From positions 1 to 27,612 of the IMG/VR virus record IMGVR_UViG_3300036802_000049: 27,612 bases of DNA; one strand, given 5' to 3'. This document shows, piece by piece, positions 18,187 to 26,480 of the stretch. The position numbers were made by a program, and so were the translations under genes. The stretch's first letter is position 1. Every line of letters begins with the position of its first letter. The stretch is from a virus (taxonomy: Duplodnaviria; Caudoviricetes). The notes under the pieces were generated by a model. It was not told the DNA's origin and searched no databases. It was given only the letters and a program-made list of their open reading frames with translations.

Positions 18187-19335
18187 ATGCTGGATGTAAG
18201 TAAAAATTTTAAAGATGCTGTTTACGCACCTATCCGTAAGTTTACAGCTAGATTGACATTTACTCTTTTGGGTTTTCCGTTTGTTTATGACGATAAATAT
18301 ATCATCAGCATAAATGTACTAGAAGAAATGAGCGTACTAAACAATACTATGCCATCCAACGAACTCAAAATAACACTTGATAACACGAATAAAGACTTTG
18401 ACTTTTTAAATCTACAAAACATGCAAGCTATTATTGCAAGTCGTCCGAAAATCGCAATTGAATTTGGAATTGTTTACGAGAACGGAACGATCGAATGGGT
18501 AAAGATGGGTGATTACTATTTAATTGAGTGGAAAAATGAAACAGCAGCCATGAGTATATCTTTAATCGGAAGAGATAATTTAGATATGCTCTCTCAAATC
18601 TCCTATAACAATTTAGTGAGCAATACGCTCTATAATTTAGTGGTTGATATATTTACGAAAGCTGGAATTACAAATTACTCAATCGATGACAGTTTAAAAA
18701 CAATCTCTGGAAAATTTGTTGATCGATTAGATAGCAGATCCGCTTTGCAGCATATTGGAGTTGCTAGTAAAAGTGCAGTTTATCAAGACCGCAACGGTGT
18801 AATGATTATTAAGCCTTTTAAAGTCTTGGATCAAAGCAATAACTACTTAAGTTTTGCCGGAACTCAAAGAAGTGCTCTAGGTGGTATGTATACCGGTGCG
18901 TCAGCATTTCCGGCTGTTTTATCTGGATTCGACATGAAAATAATTAATTATGATAATATCTTTCAGGAGCCAGAAGTCAGCCTATACAAATCAATTTACG
19001 AGGTTGTTATAAATATCTATGAAGCTGCTGGAACACGTGAAGTAGTTTATATCAATAATAGCATTGCAGGAAAAAACGGTGCATCTTTTAAAATAGACAA
19101 TCCTTTAATCAATAATGCAGCACAAGCAGCTGATGTTGCTGCATGGATTATCAGCGAGAGCAATTGGAATGCTGCTTACAAAACAATTTGGAGGCAAAAT
19201 CCCGTCCTAGAGTGCGCCGATATTATTTTAGTAGAGGATAGTTTTCAGGCGAAAAAGCAGACAAGAATTGTTAAGCAGGAGTTTGAGTATGCAGGCTATT
19301 TGAGAGGAAACACAGAAAGCCGAGGTGGTATCTAA
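18187..19335 (+). CDS. Baseplate hub / Tal-like tail protein
   Basis: Position after Dit; VYQDRNGVMII, IDNPLI, WRQNPVLECAD. Confidence 0.7.
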   Translation: MLDVSKNFKDAVYAPIRKFTARLTFTLLGFPFVYDDKYIISINVLEEMSVLNNTMPSNELKITLDNTNKDFDFLNLQNMQAIIASRPKIAIEFGIVYENGTIEWVKMGDYYLIEWKNETAAMSISLIGRDNLDMLSQISYNNLVSNTLYNLVVDIFTKAGITNYSIDDSLKTISGKFVDRLDSRSALQHIGVASKSAVYQDRNGVMIIKPFKVLDQSNNYLSFAGTQRSALGGMYTGASAFPAVLSGFDMKIINYDNIFQEPEVSLYKSIYEVVINIYEAAGTREVVYINNSIAGKNGASFKIDNPLINNAAQAADVAAWIISESNWNAAYKTIWRQNPVLECADIILVEDSFQAKKQTRIVKQEFEYAGYLRGNTESRGGI

Positions 19336-19850
19336 TGGCTTATAGTAAGAAAACTTGGAAGGATAGGATGGTTGAAAAACCATTAACCTTTACCCAGGTA
19401 AATAATCCAGGGGGAACAATAACTTTAACACCAGCAGAGGGAGCAATTGTTGAACCAGGCACACCAATCAGTGCAGCAAACATGAACAATATTGAAAATG
19501 GTGTAGGGGACGTGGATACAAGGCTTACAGCTGTGGAAGGGAAATATGCTGCTGGACCACAGCCAGGTATTCTCATTGATGCCTACACCGCATTTTTGTT
19601 TACGAATGGTAGCTCGGACACCGCTACTGCTAATGTAGCTTTTTCAAAAGCATTTACTACACCACCAAGTGTGGCTCCGGCAAACATAATCCAATCGGCG
19701 TCGTATGCTGACGTAATCAGGTATCCATATATTTACAATGTAACAACCTTAGGGTTTTCGGTGAAAATTACTACACAGGGCAGCGGTAATTTAGGAACGG
19801 TTGGCTCTCCTGTAAATATGTTACTGAACTTTTTAGTACTTGGAAAGTAG
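19335..19850 (+). CDS. Putative tail fibre / receptor-binding protein with H-lectin/gp53-like C-terminus
   Basis: AYSKKTWKD…GTPISAANMNNIENG attachment-type N-terminus; VAFSKAFTTPPSV…NVTTLGFSV C-terminus. Confidence 0.65.
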   Translation: MAYSKKTWKDRMVEKPLTFTQVNNPGGTITLTPAEGAIVEPGTPISAANMNNIENGVGDVDTRLTAVEGKYAAGPQPGILIDAYTAFLFTNGSSDTATANVAFSKAFTTPPSVAPANIIQSASYADVIRYPYIYNVTTLGFSVKITTQGSGNLGTVGSPVNMLLNFLVLGK

Positions 19851-19863
19851 GAGGTATGATGAA

Positions 19864-20202
19864 TTGATTATTGAACATAATGTGATTGGCTCAAAGGAAA
19901 CTAGTTTTCACGATTTTGAAATAGGTGTCAATGACAAGGAAAATAGTGTGACAGTCTCAGGAGGTTCTTATTGGCGTAATGGAACGGAAATTTTTAGGAT
20001 TGATTCTGAATCAACGTTCTCGATTCCCACAACGGACGGCGATATACAAGAAGTCTTTACAAAGTGTGTCTATATAACTCGAAACGGTATCATTATGGCG
20101 CAAGGTGTTGTGCAAGATCTGATTGATAGGTTGGTTTGGTTTACACTATCAGACGATTTCACCGCGGTTAATGTTGATTGTCTTAAGATAATTGAGGAAT
20201 GA
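19864..20202 (+). CDS. Hypothetical tail-region protein
   Basis: GGAGG RBS before in-frame TTG 19864. Confidence 0.65.
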   Translation: MIIEHNVIGSKETSFHDFEIGVNDKENSVTVSGGSYWRNGTEIFRIDSESTFSIPTTDGDIQEVFTKCVYITRNGIIMAQGVVQDLIDRLVWFTLSDDFTAVNVDCLKIIEE

Positions 20203-20226
20203 ATCTTATTTTGAGGAGGTTTTTAC

Positions 20227-20658
20227 ATGCAAGGATATGAAGGTCCACATATACAGGATAACGGAGACGGTACAGTTTCACAGCGTGTGTCACTAACGGG
20301 GAGTAATGTTATACAACCGAGCGATATTCAGAGTCATTATCAACAGACGATTCAGACACATAATGCTGTTAGTGTACCTTTAAATTCTAATTCGGTTGGT
20401 ATATGGCTAGATACAGATGGTTTTTCAGATTTAGCGTTAAACTTTATGAATGATGCTAACACAGCAAACCATGTTGATATTCAATGGTCAAATGACGGTG
20501 CAACAATTCATTCACTTGAAACTCCATTGACAAATGTTGCTAGACAATATGGTGCAGTAAACATACCAACTAAGGCTAGGTATGCAAGAGTTAAGGTTTA
20601 CAACGATGATGCTGCACTCGCACACACTATGTCTGCATGGGCATATCTAAAAGCATAA
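20227..20658 (+). CDS. Hypothetical beta-sandwich protein (tail accessory)
   Basis: Strong GAGGAGG RBS; VDIQWSNDG…KARYARVKVYN jelly-roll-like pattern. Confidence 0.75.
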   Translation: MQGYEGPHIQDNGDGTVSQRVSLTGSNVIQPSDIQSHYQQTIQTHNAVSVPLNSNSVGIWLDTDGFSDLALNFMNDANTANHVDIQWSNDGATIHSLETPLTNVARQYGAVNIPTKARYARVKVYNDDAALAHTMSAWAYLKA

Positions 20659-20665
20659 AGGAGGA

Positions 20666-20911
20666 ATGAACGTGGCGATTAAACAACCACCTAATGTGAA
20701 TGGTGAAATGGAATTAACCGAAGTGCAAAAAACAAATATTAAAGCGAAGTTACTTGTCATACAAGATGCGTTCGTTGAAACTGACGAACAATCAGTATGC
20801 GATACTTTTTATTTAACGGCTACTTATAACAAGGAAAATGCTTTTAAAATAAATGGTGATACGTGCGAAATGCTATTAGCAGAGGAAGAAACTCCTATTG
20901 AGGAGGGGTAA
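20666..20911 (+). CDS. Small acidic hypothetical protein
   Basis: AAGGAGG RBS (start may be GTG 20672); 81 aa. Confidence 0.7.
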   Translation: MNVAIKQPPNVNGEMELTEVQKTNIKAKLLVIQDAFVETDEQSVCDTFYLTATYNKENAFKINGDTCEMLLAEEETPIEEG

Positions 20912-20914
20912 CAA

Positions 20915-22081
20915 ATGGCAATAAATTTATGGAAGTTGGCAGGAAAACCAACAAGTTATAATCCTTTACCTAATGGTTATGGAAATTTTATAAATGTGTT
21001 TGTTGGTAAAACATTTGTTGTAAAATTTAAAGCAAAATCAATTAGTGGTGCATCATTAAGGGTTCAAACATTTTTAACCGCAAATAGTGTTATATTACCT
21101 TTATCATTAGACTTTAAAGAGTATACATTAGAATTAACACCAACAGATTCAAACCCTATGATTGTATTTTATGATCTTAATACAAAAGGCGACATTGTAA
21201 TCCAAGACATAGAATTAGTACAAAAGCCTTTACCTAAATTCACAATTAATGGTATTGATGGCTTTCTAAGTGGTAAGTGGACGTTGCATCCTAATGCAAA
21301 AGTGATTGACGATGAAACATTGGTACTGAATGCGACAGGTAGTCATCAAGTTAGTTATATTGATGTTAATGTCCAACCTAATACTAATTATCTTTTGAAT
21401 ATTGACCATAATGCAAAATTAGGTATTTATGGTGCTTCTCCTGATTTCACTGGAGTATTGGTTGCCTATATAACAGATAAAACATTGTTTTTTAATAGTG
21501 GGGCAAAAACTAAAATTTCTATAAATTTATCAAATTTTTCAATGAGTGCCGGGGTATTCACCTTCAAACGTCCAATGCTTAACTTAGGAACTATTCCTGC
21601 ACCTTATGAGAAGAAAATTGGGGATAGAATAGTAATGCCTGTTCCTAAGAAGAATCTTATTCCAAATGTGCAAATGAATAATGGTTTTGATATTGGTTCA
21701 GGTCTTACGAGTCATACCGATTATAAAAGTATTGTTTTAGACATTCCTATTGGTAAAACTTTTACTTTAAGTTTCAACTCTTCGTATAGAATAAGACTTC
21801 AGGGCAGCGCCAGCATAGAATATTCGGGTGGAGTTTATACTTCATTGCCAATAAAATTTACCTCTATAACAGGTAAACTTTATCTTAATATGGTCAAAAA
21901 TCCAGTTTCTGCATTTGGCGGCAATGTTAATACATCTGATGTTAATTTACAGCTAGAACAAAATACAGTAGCTACACCTTATGAATCCTATGCAGTACAA
22001 CTAAATAAAAAACCGCAGCATACAATTCGATCACCAAAACGAGTTTTAAACAAAAAACGAGTTCTTGAAGCAAAACGATAG
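20915..22081 (+). CDS. Multi-domain carbohydrate-binding-like tail-associated protein
   Basis: Repeated domain-end motifs NLGTIPAPYE and QLEQNTVATPYE plus KKNLIP, typical of phage tail CBM-like modules; AT-rich. Confidence 0.6.
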   Translation: MAINLWKLAGKPTSYNPLPNGYGNFINVFVGKTFVVKFKAKSISGASLRVQTFLTANSVILPLSLDFKEYTLELTPTDSNPMIVFYDLNTKGDIVIQDIELVQKPLPKFTINGIDGFLSGKWTLHPNAKVIDDETLVLNATGSHQVSYIDVNVQPNTNYLLNIDHNAKLGIYGASPDFTGVLVAYITDKTLFFNSGAKTKISINLSNFSMSAGVFTFKRPMLNLGTIPAPYEKKIGDRIVMPVPKKNLIPNVQMNNGFDIGSGLTSHTDYKSIVLDIPIGKTFTLSFNSSYRIRLQGSASIEYSGGVYTSLPIKFTSITGKLYLNMVKNPVSAFGGNVNTSDVNLQLEQNTVATPYESYAVQLNKKPQHTIRSPKRVLNKKRVLEAKR

Positions 22082-22144
22082 TCTAACTAACTGCGGTCCC
22101 AAAATAAAAGGGAAGAATAAATTCTCCCCCCTTACCTAGAATTA

Positions 22145-22360
22145 CTAATAAGTAGAACTTCCTCTGAAACCACCATTTTCAGAGACAACACGCATGTTTT
22201 CTTTGTTACAATCAGTCATTTTGTCACAGTGAGGACATTGTGCTCGGTTACCTTCCATAATTGATGAATCGAATGAATTTATATCTCCGAAAAATATCGG
22301 TGAAGGAAACCAATTATTACAGTTAGTACATTTTATTTCTAAAATCTTAGTCTGATCCAA
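22145..22360 (-). CDS. Zn-ribbon moron protein (71 aa)
   Basis: AAGGGAGGTG RBS before TTG 22360; CTNC…CPHC. Confidence 0.75.
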   Translation of the reverse strand: MDQTKILEIKCTNCNNWFPSPIFFGDINSFDSSIMEGNRAQCPHCDKMTDCNKENMRVVSENGGFRGSSTY

Positions 22361-22388
22361 AAATCCCACCTCCCTTCCAATAACTAAC

Positions 22389-22415
22389 ATTCGACAGGAG
22401 AGTGGAAAATCCTAC
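22389..22415 (-). promoter_or_regulatory. Sigma-H-type promoter overlapping a Spo0A-box heptamer
   Basis: Minus strand gtAGGATTT-11-GTCGAAT fits RnAGGAwWW-N11-12-RnnGAAT; contains TGTCGAA. Confidence 0.7.
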
Positions 22416-22488
22416 AAGTAAAATTGAAATTTAATGGAAAATAATTAATGCAACTAACGGTGTTCTTATGTGAGATAATGAGCCAGAA

Positions 22489-23022
22489 TTAAACCTTGCT
22501 CATTATTTTGGTGATGTTTTCCTGTAAAGTGTTGTATGATCCGAATAATATATCATTGATAATCTTTTCTTTGTGATGCCTAAATGATTTAATACAATAG
22601 TACTGAACACTTTGATACATGGACACAAAAGATGATTCCTCCTGGAGATAAATTAAATTTTGATGCTTAATAGTGTTACAGTAATCAAAAATATATTTTT
22701 TTTCGTGATTTAACTTAAGTAACAGTTCTTTTAATCCTTCGAGTTTATCAGTGCTGTCAAAGAAATCACGTTCCATAATCCAACTGAAGTACATTCTATC
22801 TTTTGAGAAATCAAGATTCCGTTTATCATTTATCAGTTGACCTACGATATCGATAGAGGACTGAAAAGTTAGCATCATCGCTGTAAATTCAGCGGATACA
22901 GCAATTAATCGCGATTCATTAGAATCAAAAAGCCTGGGCCGATCTACTGCTTCAAAACATTTATCTCGATGGTATTGAGCAATTTTGAGTTTAAAATCTA
23001 ACGAGTCATTAAATGATCCCAT
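22489..23022 (-). CDS. HEPN-like (Cthe_2314-type) helical protein, candidate toxin/defence moron
   Basis: AGGAGTGG RBS before ATG 23022; SSIDIVGQLIN and YCNTIKHQ at the position of the HEPN RNxxxH motif. Confidence 0.6.
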   Translation of the reverse strand: MGSFNDSLDFKLKIAQYHRDKCFEAVDRPRLFDSNESRLIAVSAEFTAMMLTFQSSIDIVGQLINDKRNLDFSKDRMYFSWIMERDFFDSTDKLEGLKELLLKLNHEKKYIFDYCNTIKHQNLIYLQEESSFVSMYQSVQYYCIKSFRHHKEKIINDILFGSYNTLQENITKIMSKV

Positions 23023-23051
23023 TTTTATCACCACTCCTTCTAGTTTTTATT

Positions 23052-23076
23052 ATTCGACAAGAGGGTAAGGAACCAT
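23052..23076 (-). promoter_or_regulatory. Degenerate sigma-H-like promoter / Spo0A box
   Basis: Perfect GTCGAAT -10 with TGTCGAA; weak -35 (ATGGTTCC). Confidence 0.45.
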
Positions 23077-23156
23077 TTAAATAAATAGTTAAAATTTTGT
23101 GAACTTTAGAGTCCTCCCATGGGCTCTTATTTTATTTTGATTAAAGAGGTGGATTA

Positions 23157-23453
23157 ATGAACATTAATATTGGAATTTTATCTGTAACAATCGCAGGACT
23201 TGCTTTACTAGTTAGTTTTTTAGGCTTGCAGTTTACTAGACAAAAGGAAGATAAAACAGACACTCAACAGGACGCTCAGATTAAGGCGCAGTTGCAATAT
23301 ATAAGTAAAGGAGTAGATGATATTAGGATTGACCAAAAAGCAAACGAGAAGCAGATTGGGTACATTGGAGAACGTGTTACAAGATTAGAAGAGTCGACCA
23401 AGAGTGCGCATAAGAGGATAGACACTTTAGAAAAGGAGTCGATTTTAAAATGA
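23157..23453 (+). CDS. XhlA/BhlA-like membrane lysis-associated protein
   Basis: N-terminal TM helix, coiled coil ERVTRLEESTKSAHKRID; precedes holin. Confidence 0.7.
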   Translation: MNINIGILSVTIAGLALLVSFLGLQFTRQKEDKTDTQQDAQIKAQLQYISKGVDDIRIDQKANEKQIGYIGERVTRLEESTKSAHKRIDTLEKESILK

Positions 23454-23716
23454 TTAACTGGCGTGTAAGATTTAAAAACCGTTTGTGGGTTGTGGCATTT
23501 ATGTCACAACTTTTTATTTTGGCTGAGGTACTTTTAGTCGGTGCACGCGCTGCAGGAGTTACGGATTTTGTTCTAACTGAGCAAATCAAGGATTGGGTAT
23601 TACTGTTGGTCAATGCGATTTTCGGCGTGCTATCCACACTTGGGTTGGTGCAAGACCCGACCACAGTAGGCATGAAGGATAGTGATAGAGCAAAAGAGTA
23701 TACCGAACCAAAATAA
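23450..23716 (+). CDS. Holin, phi LC3 family
   Basis: INWRVRFKN…LGLVQDPTTVGMKDSDRA signature; two TM helices. Confidence 0.9.
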   Translation: MINWRVRFKNRLWVVAFMSQLFILAEVLLVGARAAGVTDFVLTEQIKDWVLLLVNAIFGVLSTLGLVQDPTTVGMKDSDRAKEYTEPK

Positions 23717-23741
23717 ATTTAAAAGGGAAAGGTGATAAATA

Positions 23742-24725
23742 ATGGCGAATGGATTTGATTGTGCAACGAAATTAAACGCTACGTCTGCAAAAGCTTTAAA
23801 GGCTGCGGGGTTTGAGTTTGTGGCTAGGTATCTCGGTGATAGCTGGAAAACGTTTGACGCTGCCGAAGCTAATGCTGTCCGAGATGCTGGACTAAAATTG
23901 ATTAGTATTTTTGAGGAAAGTCCGCTTAGAGTATCTTATTTTACAAAATCTCAAGGGATAAAAGATGCTCAAGAAGCTTATAAACGGGCGAAAGCAGTTG
24001 GTCAACCAGCGGGGACAGCTATTTACTTTACAGTTGACTATGACGCACAACCTGCAGATATTGGTGCAATCATCGAATATTTATCTGGTATTAAACAATG
24101 CTTTGTTGATTACAAAGTCGGCTTATATGGATCCTATGCTGTTATGATGGCAGTTAAAGGGTGTGTTGATTATTACTGGCAGACATACGCCTGGTCAAAG
24201 GGTAAGGTAGCAGATCATATCCATATTCACCAATACCAAAATGGGGTAACAGTTTCAGGTGTTCAGTTAGATAGAAATGATATCAAAATGGATCCAGGAG
24301 CATGGGGGCAACCGCAGCAAGAAAAACAATCAAACGGCATATTAATGGTTGTTAAAGTGTTGCAAAATACTGACGTAAGGGCAGAGCCAAGTCATTCATC
24401 CGGATATCTTGGGGATGCGCGCAAAGATGAAATGTATAATGTATGGGATCATAAAGGAGATTGGCACTACATTATTCTTGATCCTAAAATAAATAAATGT
24501 GGTTGGGTAGACGGTAATGGTGGAAAAAATCTTTACTGGCTAGATAATCCCGCATTAAAGCAACAATCTTCAGCTCCTCAAGATGTTTATCATAAGGTGG
24601 TAACAGGTGATATCGTTTCTAAGTTAGCGTCAAGGTATGGATCCACAATCGCTCAAATAAAAGCCTGGAATAACTTAGATGACAAGTGTACCATCTACGC
24701 TGGTAAAAGCATCCGAGTAAAATAA
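23742..24725 (+). CDS. Endolysin: DUF1906/GH25-like muramidase + SH3-like + LysM
   Basis: GFDCA, FVARYL, IYFTVDYD, WQTYAWS catalytic domain; C-terminal LysM HKVVTGD…YGSTIAQIKAWN. Confidence 0.9.
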   Translation: MANGFDCATKLNATSAKALKAAGFEFVARYLGDSWKTFDAAEANAVRDAGLKLISIFEESPLRVSYFTKSQGIKDAQEAYKRAKAVGQPAGTAIYFTVDYDAQPADIGAIIEYLSGIKQCFVDYKVGLYGSYAVMMAVKGCVDYYWQTYAWSKGKVADHIHIHQYQNGVTVSGVQLDRNDIKMDPGAWGQPQQEKQSNGILMVVKVLQNTDVRAEPSHSSGYLGDARKDEMYNVWDHKGDWHYIILDPKINKCGWVDGNGGKNLYWLDNPALKQQSSAPQDVYHKVVTGDIVSKLASRYGSTIAQIKAWNNLDDKCTIYAGKSIRVK

Positions 24726-24730
24726 ACAGT

Positions 24731-24761
24731 AAAGCCCCTTGATCAATGAGTAGGGGGCTTT
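24731..24761. terminator. Bidirectional terminator
   Basis: AAAGCCCCT…GGGGCTTT between convergent genes. Confidence 0.6.
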
Positions 24762-24988
24762 ATCTCTTCTAATGCTTGTTTTAACTTATACATTGCCATT
24801 TCCTGCGCCTTTTCTTTTGTTGAACCATAACAATTCAAAACAGAGCAACTACTTGTACTAGCAGATGCCATGTAGCAATCTCCATAATCGTAAAAATTTA
24901 TAATAATATATTTGCCATCCTGATTAATCAGTCGGCTACCTCTTAATAATAAACGAACGGTATATATCCAAAAAAATAAACGACTCAT
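24743..24988 (-). CDS. Small protein with HicB-like N-domain pattern
   Basis: AGGAG RBS before ATG 24988; YMASA…NCYGSTKEKAQEMA…AL pattern. Confidence 0.55.
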   Translation of the reverse strand: MSRLFFWIYTVRLLLRGSRLINQDGKYIIINFYDYGDCYMASASTSSCSVLNCYGSTKEKAQEMAMYKLKQALEEIKPPTH

Positions 24989-25020
24989 ATACACACTCCT
25001 ATAATGTTAATATAGGGTAT

Positions 25021-25047
25021 ATTAGACAAAATTTAGGAAATTCCTTG
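25021..25047 (-). promoter_or_regulatory. Sigma-H-like promoter
   Basis: Minus strand AAGGAATT-11-GTCTAAT; same spacing as the 22389 site, one -10 mismatch. Confidence 0.55.
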
Positions 25048-25064
25048 TGAATAATTTGTGAAAT

Positions 25065-25091
25065 AAAAAACCCCTCAACTTTGATAGGGGT
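25065..25091 (-). terminator. Terminator for the minus-strand 25113-25727 gene
   Basis: ACCCCT…AGGGGT stem with an A-run on + (U-run on -). Confidence 0.55.
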
Positions 25092-25112
25092 AGATTGTAC
25101 TTATTGATAAAC

Positions 25113-25727
25113 TCATCTATTAGTTACTCCTGCGATCACTGTTAAAAGCGCTAACGCAGTGGTAACAATAATTCGCGTCCTTTTGGTAAATTGATTATAT
25201 GTCCACATCCGATATAAGCCAACTGGGAAAAAGAACACTAACCATGCGATAGTACCCGCTATTGATCGCGGACCTTTAGCTTTTGCTTGTTTTGCGTGAT
25301 AAGTATTTGGCTCACTAAAAGAGGCACTTAGAAATTTTTCGTAATGCTCACCATCTAATTTAGCTAATGATTGTTCACCATTGGTAAAATAGATGGCAAC
25401 CGTTACTTCTTTAGTTGTCACTTCTTTTGTCACTGATTTGGTCTTACCTTTTGACGTTGCGACTCCGGCACCAGCCCCAATCAGAGTTCCGATTCCTGGT
25501 GCGATAACTGTTCCGATTGCAGCACCCACCGCGCCTTTTGTGCCTGCTCCAACCATACTCTTTTTAGTATTACCCTTTGTAAAACTGGTAGTGCTGCTAT
25601 TCTCATTCATAACCTCAAAATGATCGATAGTTTCTTTATTAATTTCGATATTCCCAATGATCATTTTGCCCCGAGATACTTTGATTTTTTGACCCTGATA
25701 ATCTCCCGCTACGACCTCATTGGCCAT
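25113..25727 (-). CDS. Glycine-zipper membrane protein (moron)
   Basis: GAVGAAIGTVIAPGIGTLIGAGAG zipper; two C-terminal TM helices (WLVFFFPVGLYRMW). Confidence 0.75.
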   Translation of the reverse strand: MANEVVAGDYQGQKIKVSRGKMIIGNIEINKETIDHFEVMNENSSTTSFTKGNTKKSMVGAGTKGAVGAAIGTVIAPGIGTLIGAGAGVATSKGKTKSVTKEVTTKEVTVAIYFTNGEQSLAKLDGEHYEKFLSASFSEPNTYHAKQAKAKGPRSIAGTIAWLVFFFPVGLYRMWTYNQFTKRTRIIVTTALALLTVIAGVTNR

Positions 25728-25803
25728 TTTATTTCCCCCTGTAGTTTTATATGTATCATTAATTCCATATTACATATAAATTCCAAAATAGGGAATCAAT
25801 TAT

Positions 25804-26025
25804 TTAATCAAGAGGAGCTGCATCTAATTCCATTACTTTTTCAGTTATATCCTCATTGTCCACGATCACTTTCTCAATCTCGCATTCGTAAGGATGCTCA
25901 TTTTTGATCCACTGCCAAAATTCATATGCTGCTTGTTCTTTGATTTTTCCGCGAAGAGGAAATTCCCCTTTTCGCATTACCTTATTTTCATTTGTTATAT
26001 AATCAATCCTGATTAATACGGTCAT
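25804..26025 (-). CDS. Small hypothetical protein
   Basis: ORF track 78 aa; probable start ATG 26025 after GAGG. Confidence 0.7.
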   Translation of the reverse strand: MTVLIRIDYITNENKVMRKGEFPLRGKIKEQAAYEFWQWIKNEHPYECEIEKVIVDNEDITEKVMELDAAPLD

Positions 26026-26167
26026 TTGCCTCGTCCTCATAAAGTTTCTTTATTTTTTCATCGTACGTCATGAACATTTCGTAAGTTTTAACTATTCGTT
26101 GAATGTCATACGGAGTGTAGCCTTTAGACTCAAACTCATCGATCAGTTTCTTCCATTGCTCGTTCAT
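26003..26167 (-). CDS. Unannotated 54-aa protein MNEQWKKLIDEFESKGYTPYDIQRIVKTYEMF…
   Basis: GAGGTGG RBS, ATG 26167, TGA 26003; fills the gap in the minus-strand operon; translated by hand. Confidence 0.7.
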   Translation of the reverse strand: MNEQWKKLIDEFESKGYTPYDIQRIVKTYEMFMTYDEKIKKLYEDEANDRINQD

Positions 26168-26183
26168 CTTATTCCACCTCTAT

Positions 26184-26480
26184 TTATGCGGTATTGACCA
26201 ATCGACTCTTTACAAGATCATACTCTTTCATATTTTGTGACCAAACTTTAAATTGATTTCGTATATCTACAACTTGTTCTTTTTGCTTGATGAGATCGTC
26301 GTATTCAATTTGAGAGGTTCTGAAAGATTGTTCGCGGAATACTTTTTCAATTGAATCTATATAAGAAACGGACTTGAGTCGTTTAAATAAATAATCACTT
26401 CTTTTATCAACTGTTTCAGAGAACAGGATGTTAAAAAGGGCAACGAGCGACTTATAAATTAATAAAATGCTCTTTTTCAT
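26184..26480 (-). CDS. Hypothetical protein
   Basis: AGGAG RBS; 98 aa. Confidence 0.6.
   Translation of the reverse strand: MKKSILLIYKSLVALFNILFSETVDKRSDYLFKRLKSVSYIDSIEKVFREQSFRTSQIEYDDLIKQKEQVVDIRNQFKVWSQNMKEYDLVKSRLVNTA

Noticed and set aside
19335-22081. Diversity-generating retroelement or invertase shufflon for tail fibres
   Set aside because: No reverse transcriptase, no TR/VR pair and no invertase or inverted fibre cassettes seen in the window.
22383-22390. ACTAACAT (also ACTAAC at 2716, 9449, 25237) as further cassette sites
   Set aside because: They lack the (G/T)G continuation and are explained by promoter, origin or coding context; probably chance.
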